DNA of 64,000 nt from Vitrella brassicaformis CCMP3155 (Eukaryota > Protista > Chromerida). This document shows, one piece after another, positions 21,906 through 34,108 of this stretch. The notes under the pieces are model-generated. The model had not been told where the DNA came from and ran no database searches. It saw only the letters and a list, made by a program, of their open reading frames with translations. Each line of letters begins with the position of its first letter. Within the stretch, counting starts at the first letter, position 1. The position numbers were made by a program, and so were the translations under genes. The stretch is from assembly GCA_001179505.1 (NCBI GenBank), contig CDMY01000091.1, forward strand, positions 62,001 to 126,000, in the 5' to 3' direction.

Positions 21906-22674
21906 CGTGGTGGGTGGAATGGGTGGACGGACGATGGCTGCGTGCTGCGCACTCGTCCATCCATCCATCCATCCATGTGTGTGTATGTGCATTTGAGAGA
22001 GAGAGAGATCTGAGCAGTTTTTCTGTAACCGCGTAACAAAGGGAATTGGCTGACCGACCGACCGACAGCAGCATCATCCTGATGCTGGGTGGCTGGCTGG
22101 CTGTGTGTGTGTGTGCCGATCGGGCGAGTGAGAGTGTGGGGGCCATCTGTAGTGTACACCAACCCGTCACATCCATCTATCCATCGCCTGATGAATGAAT
22201 TGACACATGTGTGTGACGGACGTATGTGTGTCGTGGGCGCGGTGCGTGCATGGGCGTGAGAGAGAGAGTGGGTGGGGCACCCTGGCGGATGCATGGCATC
22301 CACGAGAGAGACCCACCATCAGACAGACAGACAGACCGATCCTCGCTTGAGGTGAACCAACGCACAATGTCATGAACCGCGGAGGGAGTCTGAACGCACC
22401 GAGTCTCTCTGTCTTCATCCCAATCAATCAATCGGCATCCATCCATCCATGCAATGGGGGCGCTGTCGATGTCCAGACAGCCATTCGGTGTGGTCTTCCG
22501 CTGGATCCTCCTGCCGATGCAACGTTGTCAACCCTGGCAGTGGCCCCCCTCGCCGCATGTTACAATCGCCGCAAGGACCTCCGTGAGACTCACGAACGAG
22601 CTCGCACCCGTCTCGAGGCTCGTGGTGGGCCTTTTTCCAATTGCCTTTTTCACGGCACTCCACACACAAAAAGC

Positions 22675-23885
22675 ATGTACCTCCTCATATTGGCACTGCT
22701 CCTCGCCGGCCAAGCCGTGCAGCATGCATCGGGCAGCCTCGTCAAATCCACTCAGCCTCAGCCCGACCCGAAGGAGGTCGGTGATAAAGAGAATATATTC
22801 CTCTTGATATCCATGCGAATGCAACATCTGTGCTGAATGCAGTTACTCTCTTTCTACCGGGGCAAGAGCAAAATCTCGAGGGGGTGAGACAGACACAGCG
22901 CACTTGGAATTTTGTCGTCACGCGGTTTTGTCTCATGCTCTTGTCGGATGCAGTGGAGGGGGATATTCGTCCATAGATGACATCTTCACATGGGACTACG
23001 GCACACTCAACAGGTTGCATGCCCAGAAAACCACTGCAAACTGTGTTCTCTTTCATTGTTTGCGACTGTGCATCATCCACTGACATTACCTCAGCCATGC
23101 TGCGTACCACCAGTGGCTGTTCCCGACATTCACCCGCTCGGAATACCACCCAGAGATACCCACACTCACCGAGGATGTTGCACGAACGTTTCGCGAGGAC
23201 GAAAAGGTCAGTGAACAGGGGCACGACTACGGGGGTTTTCAGCTCATTTCTTGGCTTGCAGGTGGCCGAGAAGTTTTTCAAGGTGTTCAGCTTCTGGATT
23301 CGATTCATCGGGATGAACGGGGGTGAACTTGAGCCTGGTTCTCACGAGGCGGTGGGTCGTGACGAGGAAGAGTGGGCGATCAGTGACGAAGTCTTCAGTT
23401 GGGACGATCGGTACGCTTGTGATCGGAAGAGGACCATGCAAAGACCAACGTCGACCGTCGGCTTCTTTCCCGCCTTGGCTGTCTGTCTGCAGGTACTACA
23501 ACGCCTTCATCCTATACAGCCATAATCGGCTGCGTATCTCTCGCGTCATCGAGTCGCTCTCTGTCCTCGGTAAGCGAATATCAGTGCATGGATGAGGAAT
23601 ATGGACAGCCTCGCGATTTGGCTGAGCACATGTTTTTCTAACTCTTTGACTGCAGGTCTCCGCGACTATGCGGCCGACCTGGTCGGTCACCTGGAGAACG
23701 AGATTCTGTGGAACATTTCTCCTCACAGAATGTACGCTGTTCACGGCCTGGGCCCTTCATGCATCGCTCGTGCAAGTACCAACGAGTACAAAAACGATCC
23801 AGTGGTCAAAGCCTTAGGCTACTGGCAAGACAAACTGGCCGAGACCAAGAAATATGCCCGACACGTCTCTGTCCTTTTGCGTTAG
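22675..23885 (+). CDS. Signal peptide + OGFr (opioid growth factor receptor-like conserved) domain protein
   Basis: MYLLILALLLAGQAVQHASG; phased exons LLSFYRG.., IFTWDYGTLN, HAAYHQWLFP, HNRLRISRVIESLSVLGLRDYA, KALGYW, resembling OGFr motifs (FY, W..Y..LE..H.YIQWLFP, HN.LRITRILKSL). Confidence 0.8.
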
Positions 23886-24989
23886 TGAAGGATGGCAAGA
23901 CACAGAGAGGCGACAGTGAGGCAAGTGAGTGATCGTGGGGAGCGCGCCTCTATATCTCTTCCGTACGTGGCCTTGTCGCTTTTTTTTTCATCTGTCTGAC
24001 TGTCTGTAACTGTCTGTCTGACTGTGTGCATGCACGTTTGCCAGTCAGTGCTGCGCTCTCAATAGGCGTGTTAGATCGCCGCATCACTGATATGGTCGGA
24101 TGTGTGGTGTTGAGAGCTTTGCCTCATCATCCTAAGCACCCCTCCCCTCCTCTTCTCCTTCCGTCTGACTGTCTGAATGGACGGACGATTGCCTGATTGA
24201 CATGCACGGTGGATGAACGATAGACGGAAGACACACAGACGAAGTGATATATATGGATGCATATATACACACGTCTCAGCCACGACCACACGGCCAGCCA
24301 TCCGCTGGCTGCACGCACATCTGATGCGGCGCTTGTTGTGCCAGATACTTGACTTAGAAAACAACGACGATTGGCGTACTCACTTGTCACTGTCGAGGGC
24401 CCCATTGAGCGGTCACAACAAAAATTGAGCGGTTCTGTACAATTCCCGCTTATGCATAATTGTGCTGCCGAAACACGCTGAAGGCTTCACGGCCAGACGA
24501 AGAGACGAATCATTTACTTCCTGACACTTGAGACAGAGGGATTTTTGAGAGAATGTCTTGGAGTCGCTGCAGAGCTTGACGCAATGTCTGGGTGTGCGGT
24601 GTGCGGTGATACGCACGCAGAGAGGGCCTTCATTGCTGGAGCAATGAATCAATCGGCATGAATGGTCCTATGGTACACACCAACACACACACCACCCAAC
24701 AGACAGACGGGCACTGGCAGACAGACCACCGTAAAAAAGTCCTCTTCATCACAGGCAGACAGCTGCACACAGCGGCTACTAGTTTGTGTCCAAATGCAGG
24801 CACGACATTTATATATGCAGGTCATGGCTGAATGGATGGATGGACTCAGTCGCCCGCCTCGCTGTCCGCCGATTCGATGTGGCCGAGTAAGCCACCTGTA
24901 GTGAGAGAGAGAGACAGACAAACACGGACAGAAGAAGACATCCAGCCAGTCGTGTGTGTGTGTGTGTTAGCCACTCACTCACTCACTCA

Positions 24990-26337
24990 CTTCTGAATCG
25001 GTTGTTGTGAGGCCCACCGACGTGGACCCGCCTGACAGACAGACAGACAGACAGACGAATCAGTGAAGTTCCGGATGTGTGTGTGTGTGTGGGGGGGGGG
25101 GGGGGNNNNNNNNNNNNNNNNNNNNNNNNNNNNNNNNNNNNNNNNNNNNNNNNNNNNNNNNNNNNNNNNNNNNNNNNNNNNNNNNNNNNNNNNNNNNNNN
25201 NNNNNNNNNNNNNNNNNNNNNNNNNNNNNNNNNNNNNNNNNNNNNNNNNNNNNNNNNNNNNNNNNNNNNNNNNNNNNNNNNNNNNNNNNNNNNNNNNNNN
25301 NNNNNNNNNNNNNNNNNNNNNNNNNNNNNNNNNNNNNNNNNNNNNNNNNNNNNNNNNNNNNNNNNNNNNNNNNNNNNNNNNNNNNNNNNNNNNNNNNNNN
25401 NNNNNGGGGGAGGGGGGGCAGGGCACCTCTCGCCCTCCTGGCCGCCAGCGGGGGCGGTGGGCAGACCCTGCAGATCAGATCGTATGCGGGCAGGGCACCA
25501 CACACGCCACACCACACACACATACGTCATTCATTCGTCGCATGATGGACGTCTGTCTGTTCACATTGACTGACGGGGATGTGGAGGGGTTCGTCTGTGC
25601 CTCCTTTGTTCCTGCCAAAGAGCGACCGACCGGGGCCCGACTTCATCTGGATCAAAGCACCTGCACACACACACACACAGGCGTCGTATCCACTGATGGC
25701 CATCAGCACATGAAGGCACACGTGACGCACTCATGTGTGTGTATACCTGTGTCCGCCCACAGCTCCTTGAGCAGGTTTCTGCCTTTCAGGTGAGTGCACA
25801 GCGTCTTGGTCGCCAGACACACCTAAAGCCACACCATAGATGAGACGGAGGGGTGATGTGTGTGTGTGTGTGTGTTTGAGTACCTCGTGCAGGTCTTCAG
25901 TCCTTTCCATGAGGGCGGAGCACCTGTCCTTGTTCTCCAACAGATGATCTGACGGAGAGGAGGGACACAGAGAGATCCCTCACACACAGAGAGAGAGAAG
26001 CAGACAGGCACCCTTCCCTCACTCACCAGTGCAGCACGTGTTGAGCGTCTCTAGAGACTCTCGCCAGGTCGTGTGGCACTGCAGAAGCACTCACGCACAC
26101 ACACACTCTCACACACAGACGCACCCACTTGGTACCTTGGAGATGGCCTTCCCGCACTCATACATCAGCAGCTCCCGCAGATCTGACGGCTGCACGTCAA
26201 CAGCCATTGGCATCACTACACAGCCCAATACCATTGACACGTTCACACAGCCACACAGCCACACCATTCTGCTGCCCAGTTCGCTGATCTCCTCATCGGT
26301 CGTAATGCCCACATCCCGCTTCACTGCCTCCTGCAGT

Positions 26338-26368
<31 letters not shown>

Positions 26369-26607
26369 CGGCCGGGCCCCTTCCTGATGCATCTGCGGGG
26401 CTGTCTGCATCTCTGTCCGTGAGAGTGTGTGAGTGTGCGTACCACTTTCCTCCTGACGTCGTTGCACGATGCCATGATCTGGTCGCACGAGGTGATGTGC
26501 TTCGAGAGCTCCGACGACTCCGTGGCGACGTCCTCACCACCACCACCACCACCGGCCCGGGCATCTGCAGGCCGGTTCTGCTGCTTCTCTACAAAGATCA
26601 CACTCAT
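24990..26607 (-). CDS. Hypothetical protein (helical), crosses an assembly gap; 3' end uncertain
   Basis: MSVIFVEKQQNRP..SELSKHITSCDQIMASCNDVRRKV|EAVKRDVG..|VMPMAVDVQPSDLRELLMYECGKAISK|CHTTWRESLE..|..TLCTHLKGRNLLKELWADT in phase. Confidence 0.6.
25106..25405. other. Assembly gap (300 N), poly-G flanked
   Basis: Run of N. Confidence 1.
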
Positions 26608-26791
26608 TGTCTGCCCCATGAAAACACACAGGCAATGAATAAGACCGATGCAGACGGCATTGCCTCGTGTGCATCAGCTCACCTGCTTCAAAAGCGCGGC
26701 AAAAGCGCCCGTCGTTTCTTCTGGTGGCGAGATAAGCTTGCAGAAGGAAGTGTAGCTCGCACGAGAGGCAGGAGGGGAAAGGGCTGCCAAG

Positions 26792-28246
26792 ATGGTGAGA
26801 GGCAGATCAGACACGTGGGGATGCATGGGCGTGGCCGCATCTCTCACTTTCTTTTGTCTGTGTGTTGATCGTGGTTGTGTTGTGTGTGGCTTCGGGTCTA
26901 CGCAGGCGAAGGCCAAGAAGACGCGCAAGTTCGCTGCCGTCAAGCGGATGATCAATCCCAAGGACGACAGAATGTATGAGCACGGCACAGACACAGAGAT
27001 GCGTGTGATTCTCTCCCTCTCTCTGTGTGTGGTGTGTGTGTGTCAGCAAGAAGAACCAGGAGAAAGCGAAGGAGCAGCTGACGCAGCAGAAGAAGGGCAA
27101 CAACGATGTCAAGGACATGTGCGCGTTGACAGACACTCTCAGCACACCTTTACACACACGTGCATCATACGATGTGTGTCCGTTGTGTGTCGTTCGTTTG
27201 CAGCCCTTTGGCGTCATCCAGCCTGTTCTTCAACTACAACACGGCGCTTGGTGCGGACACACAGCCACCACACACACACACACACCACACGTGGACGAGT
27301 CAGCGCACCTCTGGCGTGGTGTATGCGTGTGCGTGTGTGTAGGTCCGCCGTACCAGGTGTTGGTGGACACCAACTTCATCAACTTCAGCATACAGGTGAG
27401 GTGCGGTGCACAGACAGACAGACAGATGGACGACGGTGTGGATGTGGGCTGCGTGCGTGCGTGTGTGCAGCACAAGATGGACATCATCAAGGGAATGGTC
27501 GACTGCCTCTACGGCAAATGTATGTGGGTACCCACACACACTCAGAGAGAGAGAGATGGACACACACATGAAGCGTGTGTGTTGTCCATTGATGGGTGCA
27601 GGCATCCCCTGCGTCACCGACTGCGTCATCGGCGAGCTTGAGAAGATGGGCCACCGATACAGGCTGGCACTCAGGCTGGCAAAGGTATACATACGCACAC
27701 CATACACACAACGGCCCCAAGGTTCTATGTGTGTGTTTTCACAGGATGTGCGCTTCAAGCGCCTGACCTGCACGCACAAGGGCACTTATGCGGACGACTG
27801 CATCGTCCAGAGGTGCACTGAGGTGAGCAAGGGAGGGAGGGGGGGAGGGAGGGAGGAAGGGAAATGGGCAAACACACGAGGGCGTGTATGTGTGTGTGTG
27901 TGCGTGTCGCTGCGCTGCGTGCAGCACAAGTGCTACATTGTGGCGACCAACGATCGGGATCTCAAGAGAAGGATACGCAAGATACCTGGTACGGTAGGCA
28001 GGAACACATCTATGTGTGGGTGTTAGTATGGCGTGTGTGTGTGTGGTGGTGTGCACCGCAGGTGTGCCCCTAATGTATGTGACGAACCACAAGTATGCCA
28101 TCGAGAGGATGCCCGACGCAATCACAGGTACACACACACACACACTCACGAACAACACATCTGTGTGTGTGTGTGTGTGTGTGTCAGCTGTGCCGGCCTC
28201 GAAGGTGGTCCCCGCGCTCAAGCCCAAGAAGAAGGGCAGAAAGTGA
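26792..28246 (+). CDS. FCF1: rRNA-processing PIN-domain protein Fcf1/Utp24
   Basis: M|AKAKKTRKFAAVKRMINPKDDR, PPYQVLVDTNFINFSI, IPCVTDCVIGELEKMG, HKGTYADDCIV, YIVATNDRDLKRRIRKIPGVPLMYV. Confidence 0.97.
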
Positions 28247-28461
28247 TCCTTCCTTTATCAGATTGATCAATGCTGTGCATCCATCAGCTGTGTATAGGAT
28301 AGCCAGACGGACAGACAGTGACGTCAGATTTGTCATGCAATAGACACACATGCGTCTCTCATCTTCAGAACACATTAATGTGCTCTCGTTAATATATAAC
28401 GAATCGAGTCGATAACACGCGCTCACACACAGCACAGCCCACCCCACCCACCCCACATATA

Positions 28462-30382
28462 TCAGATCAATGGCGGCACCTCCGCATCCGCATCACCACC
28501 ATCATCCGCCCCAGCCGCACCAGCGCTAATCCGCCTCTTCTCCCTCTCCTTGAGCAGCATCCCCTCACCCCCCTCACTGTCTCCCACTTTCTTGACCACA
28601 TGCAGAGATACCGCACCACCTCGGACACTGCCATTGTTCAGAGGCTGCTGCTGCTGCTGTTGGTCACTCTTGGCTGCTGCTGGGGTGGTCGTGGTTGCAG
28701 CTTTGTGTCTCGGTGGTGGGTGTTCCAGGGGCATCGTCACGCGGAGGGCGCCCGTGGTGGCTGAGCGCTGAACCTGCAGTGAGAACAGTTGTTTATGTGC
28801 GGATGGATGGATGGATGAGTGTGGGTCGCTTGCCTTGGCAGCAGACGGCTTGACCTCTGCAGGCAGCCGAAATTGGGTCACCTTGCCTGTGCGGTGAGAG
28901 ACACAGGGAGACACTGTCTGCTGCAGCTGCCCTCTCTCCCTCCCCCTCTCCCTCTCCCTCTGTGTGTGTGCAGTGTACCCTTGACAACACATCTCATATA
29001 GTCGGGGTGCACATCCACGTCAATTAGGGATGTGTCCAGATACCTGCACACACAGTGTGCCACGACACGCTCAAAGATGAATCGACTCCCACACACACAA
29101 AAGTAGCCGCCTGCCAGTTAGTTCATGGCTCCTCATGGCACACTGACTTGGGAACGAACACTTCGATGGCGATCTGTCCGGGGTCGGTGAAGTCGTCAAT
29201 TGTGAAGTGGTACCGGCCTTCATTGCACTGCCTGACCAGGCCCTGGCTCGTGTAGACCGACGCAGGAACACGCTGACACACACATACACAGACACACACA
29301 GATGGACAGTCAGGGGTCTGGGCATCTCTCACCTCACCTCTGTTTTCTCCTGTTTGTTTCTGCCCTCCTTCTCCTCTCTCTCCTGCGCCAGCTCACGGTA
29401 CATCTCGGTGCGCGACTCGCGCGTGTAGGCCCCCTCGCCCCCACCCTCACTGCACCCAGCTGCAGCACACAAGGGAATTGGGGAACGTGTCAAAAGTGCC
29501 CGAGTCGGTCACTCTCACTTACATAGTTCTTTCTTCCTCCGCTCTTCTTTGGTGTGCTCAATGTAGCGATGGAGATCGGCCTCTAAGGCGGGCAGCACCC
29601 TCTGGGCCTGGCAGGCCATGTGGTCGATGAACGAACGACAAAACGAACGCATCATCCATTCATCAAAACTTCGCCGAGATCACCTGAATTCTCTCCGAGT
29701 GTGTGATCTCCTTGCCGTCGAGCGCACGGAGGTTCGGCAGAGAAGCAGCCACATACTGGCGATACCCAGACCAGCTAGCTCCACACACAGACAGACACAT
29801 GCCATTGGATGCCCCTCCCTCCTGCCCGTGTGTCGCATGTGCTGCTCACTCTGTGCAGGGGTTGCCGAGAAGGTATAGCTCCTCGAGCATCGTGTTGGCC
29901 TGCAGGCTGGCCACCGACGCCGCCAAAGCATCCGCCTCGATGAAGTTCACCGTCAGGTCCAGCTTCCTGCGTGTCAGTCAAATCAACGAACGCCAGACGG
30001 ACGGACGGCAGAATCCACTGGTTTGTTCATTTCTTCTTACTTGAGTGATTCGCATCCTTCCAGGTTCTCGATGATTGTGATGTTGTTGAGAGCGAGGTTG
30101 AGGTACTCCAGCTCCTTGAGCTTCCGCACATTCTCTATCCTCCCTGATCCACACATCCACACCAAAAGGAAGAGGCGTCCATCCAATGGCATCAGTCAGT
30201 CAGTGTACCCACCGACCAATGATGTTGTTCTGAAGGTAGAGGATCTTGAGGTGTCGGCACAGCTGCTCCAGGTTCTCTATCTTCTCGATCTCGAACTGGT
30301 GCAGCGACACCTCCTCTAGGTCAGCAAGGATGCCGTCATTGTGCTCAGCACGGCGGCGAACCAACGACTCGTCGATGCGCAT
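28462..30382 (-). CDS. DNAAF11: Dynein axonemal assembly factor 11 (LRRC6/tilB)
   Basis: [68 protein letters not shown], and a CS-like domain ([49 protein letters not shown]). Confidence 0.95.
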
Positions 30383-30462
30383 CTCTTTCCGGCCGTTGAA
30401 ATGTGTGGGCCTGATGTGGGGGCGTCTTCCCCCCACCGTCTCCCTAAGAAAGTTTCTCCGCG

Positions 30463-31318
30463 ATGGCTTCTTCTGCCTGTCGGCTGTTGTAGGTGGCTGT
30501 GGCTCTGTTGCTCTCCCCTTTGGCTCATGCAGCCCCTCTGTCCGCGAGCACCACAGCCAACCTCACCGACAGACGCCATGGAGTGCAGGTGAATCAGATG
30601 CATGCATCGCGTCAGACTCTCCTTGTTGCTTTCAGGTGGTGCGGCTTCACGAGCACACCGACACCGACACCGATCAGCAGCCTTTCGCCGACGGCGTGAA
30701 CTCGTGCGCTACTTCGAATGTGCTGTGCCAGGATCCTGAGCACGTCTGCTACAGACTCATCTACAGGAAGGGGCGCAAGTGAGTACCACGGTGTGTCCGT
30801 GTCTCTCTCTCTCTCTCTGTCTCTGTCACTTTCTGTATCGGTGTGGATCCGGATGGATGGGCAGGCACGACAAAGGCATCGCAAAGTACCTTAATCGGGG
30901 CAAACAGCTCTCTGGCAAGCTCGGCGGGCTGTTTGCCCCGATTAAGGAGTTCACCTTCGGCGTGTGTGTGAAGAACACCGACAAGGACCTCGACAACTGG
31001 TGCCCCGAGGCCATCCGCAGCTCCCACTTCCCACCCGAAATGAAAGGCATGGAGGGCAGACTTCAGAAGCGGGTGTGCGAAGTTACTGAAATCGCAGGAT
31101 GTTTCACCGGCCGATGCGAGATTCAGGTGCCGCGAGACGAACAGGTGACTTCTAAGAGGCAGAAGCACGCAGACACGAGAGCAGATGTTTGTCGTGTGTT
31201 GTGTGTGCAGTGGGGTACCTTGTTCCTCTACAATCAGGTCTACAAGCGGCTCGTGGACGTGTGGGGCTGGTCGGAGATGAAGAACACCTGCAAGCCGGAA
31301 AAGTGCAAGCTGGCATAG
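30463..31318 (+). pseudogene. Secreted Cys-rich protein with premature stop in the signal peptide
   Basis: ATG at 30463 gives [24 protein letters not shown] (TAG at 30490-30492). The remaining three exons splice in phase to ..KPEKCKLA* with several Cys. Confidence 0.65.
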
Positions 31319-31641
31319 GCTATAAGGTTCAGTATTGCCTACAGCCTACAAGTGCACAGTGGATGGGGAGACGGCACACAAGAAAGACAAGGGAGGGATG
31401 CGATAGTTGAAGCGATGGATGGATGGATGGATGGACGCATGTGCTTTCGGTCGCTGCCAAGAGAGTCCGCACGCACACACGCGTTGATCTTAAGACAGAC
31501 ATCAATCAATCGGTCTGTCTGTCTATCGGCCTGTACACACACGAAACTACCGCCCGTATCTATGCACACCGCACACACGCCACCATCATACCTCCGCCAC
31601 TACTCACACCCGCCCCCGCCCCCGCCCCCCCTTCCATCACA

Positions 31642-33463
31642 TCACGTGTGTGGCGGCCGATGGTGGTGCGCAGCAAATGGCGGCATCATGACCACAGGCG
31701 GATGCACACCGGGGCGCAGAAACATGCTCCCATGGTGATGGTGAGGGGGCGGTGGGCGGACGGGCAACGGGGGCGGGGGCGGTCTCGCAGGCGCCATGTT
31801 GACCTCTCGTCTAGTCGACGCGTCAGGGTGCACTTCGCCGCAGCCACACGCATCAGGGGGTGGGGCGTAGGCAAACATGGTGGGCGGCTGGGGGGGCGTG
31901 GGCAGGTGCGGCACGCCCAGCTCGGGGAACGACGCCCAGCACACGCCGCCGCGACGACTCAGACGGCGGCACTCGGCCAGCACGGGGGGCGACGAATGCA
32001 ACACCCAGCGGAAAAATCCCTGGGGCACACATCCATCCATCCATCAAGTCCGCAGATGGTGTGCCTTTCGGCTCACCTGCAGCCGCGGGTATTTGGTCTC
32101 CATCAGGTGGGTGCCGAATATGACACAGTCGTCCCAGAGGATGCCGAACATGAAGATGTCACTCAGGGACGGCTGCCGCGACGATGAGCCCGCATACCCG
32201 ATGCACCGGTCCTGGTCGTGCTCGTCGCACTCCGGGCCCAGCAGGAGGGCACTGGCACGGTCGTAGTGGTGCACACGACACACCTGAAGGCAAGGCATCC
32301 GCGGACAGACAGAGGAGGGAATCAATGGGCACCGCTGGTTGGCGATGGTGTGATGGTGTGATGGTGGTTTCTGTTTCTACGTGCCTTTGCGTATCGGTTC
32401 TTGTCGGCAGCTTTGCCTGATTTCCCCGATGCGGCCGATGCGGCTGCTGCTGCCGCAGCTGCTGCAGCTGCTAGTGCATCTCGCCACGCAGAGAAGGCCT
32501 CCAACTGCACACCAGACACCAACACAGGTGCGTCTTGGGACCTCGGTATCATGTGTTTCTGAGGTTGCCGACTGTCTGACCACTGTGTCAGTCCGCCAGT
32601 CGAGCTGCGAGTCATTGCCATAGTCGCCCACACGACGGGCCAGGTACCGTGCAGTCGGCACCAAACCGAAGAACGGCACACCCTGCAAAAACCAACCCAC
32701 ACAACACATCCACACATCTATAGAGAGCCCGTCTGTGTGCACGCCACGCGGAGGGAGGCTGTGTGACGAATCAATCGCTCACGTACGTCGAGTACGATCA
32801 TGGGCAGCTTAACAGGCTGCCCATCAGGGGCGGTGAGGCCACGGCCACCAGCACGTTTGGCAGGGTGGGTGTCGTCTTCTGACTCGTGTGGGTGGATGGT
32901 GGTGTGGAAGGGGATACTGTGATGCAGCAGATACAGCGACAGGTACCTGCAGAGATGAAGGATGAAGGGAGAGGGCACGATGACGTGAAGTGGTGCAGCC
33001 TCGCTGTGGTGCTGATGTGGTGTGTATGCTCTTACCCGCCACTGCCCAAAACGCCCCCCTGCACACACACACACACACACACGCACACACACATGCGAAA
33101 AGAGAAAAACACATAGCATGCCATAATCTGCTCATCAGTCCTTCCATCACCCCACCTGCATCTCCAGTCGCTTCAGCTCCACGTGTCCAATGCGCCTCTG
33201 CTTCGCCGCATACACCTGCACCACGCACACACACACACACACACACGGACGCACACACCGTCTCATGTGCCAGCCAGCAGAGTGTCGCCTACTGTGTGTT
33301 TGGCAGGTTCGATGAATGGGACGGCTTCACACATGCAAGTGGGCGATGAGGAGAGGGCTCCCGGTGGCGGCGGACCGCTCGCGGCCCTCGATGCGGACCC
33401 GGCGGTAGCAGCAACACTTGACGCGTCATTCGCGGACGCGGGAGGCCCTGGACCGGCATACAT
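31642..33463 (-). CDS. Glutathione S-transferase-fold protein with Pro/His-rich tail
   Basis: GST-N-like YLSLYLLHHSIPF..KLPMIVLDGVPFFGLVPTARYLARRVGDYG; GST-C-like PSLSDIFMFGILWD..YPRLQGFFRWV; tail PPPPPLPVRPPPPHHHH. Confidence 0.78.
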
Positions 33464-34108
33464 CTTCTCTAGGCGGCGGCGGCAGATCTGATTCTACTCA
33501 AGGCCTCGTCGGGCGACACTTCGCCTTCCGTTTCGCCTGCAGCAGCGGTTTCAGGGAGCACCCTACGTGGCCTGACCCTGTCGGTCTGTCCAACATGAAA
33601 CAGGCACCCTAACATGCAACCCGGACACGAAACACGCAGCACGCAGAGGGCAGATGCAGCAGACAGGAGGATATGCAATGCGCTGCGAACGACGGCCACA
33701 TACAAGCAGGCACACAGCGTCGCACACACGCCACCCCACAGCAGCAGCTTGAAGGCGGTGTGCGTGCGTGCGTCAGGCACCATGACTCCATACGTAGGTA
33801 CCGCCCATCCCCAGGTGGCCAGCCAGTGCAGATCGCCCAGTCACACACAAACACGCCCTGATAACAACCACGCACGGAGTGCTGGAGGTTTCCGTTTCGC
33901 CTCACATGCGAGCTCAAACTTGAAGGAACGACGAACGCAGATCTCGGGGAAATAAGGGACAGGTGTGCCTAACAAGAGCAGCACCGACAAGAATCTGCTT
34001 CACATCTGCCCAGCGCCTCTTCCTCTCTTTCTTCCTCTGTCTGTCTGGTGTCTGTTGTGTCTGTCTGTTGTGTGCAGTGTGTGTGAGCGAGGGTGTCAGT
34101 CAGTGATT

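Noticed and set aside
24413-24790. Possible final exons of the 24990-26607 gene
   Set aside because: Could not be phased with confidence, and the upstream gap blocks verification.
25091-25410. Long poly-G tracts as G-quadruplex or telomere-like elements (also poly-C at 62907-62922)
   Set aside because: They abut N gaps, so length and context are unreliable; probably sequencing drop-outs.
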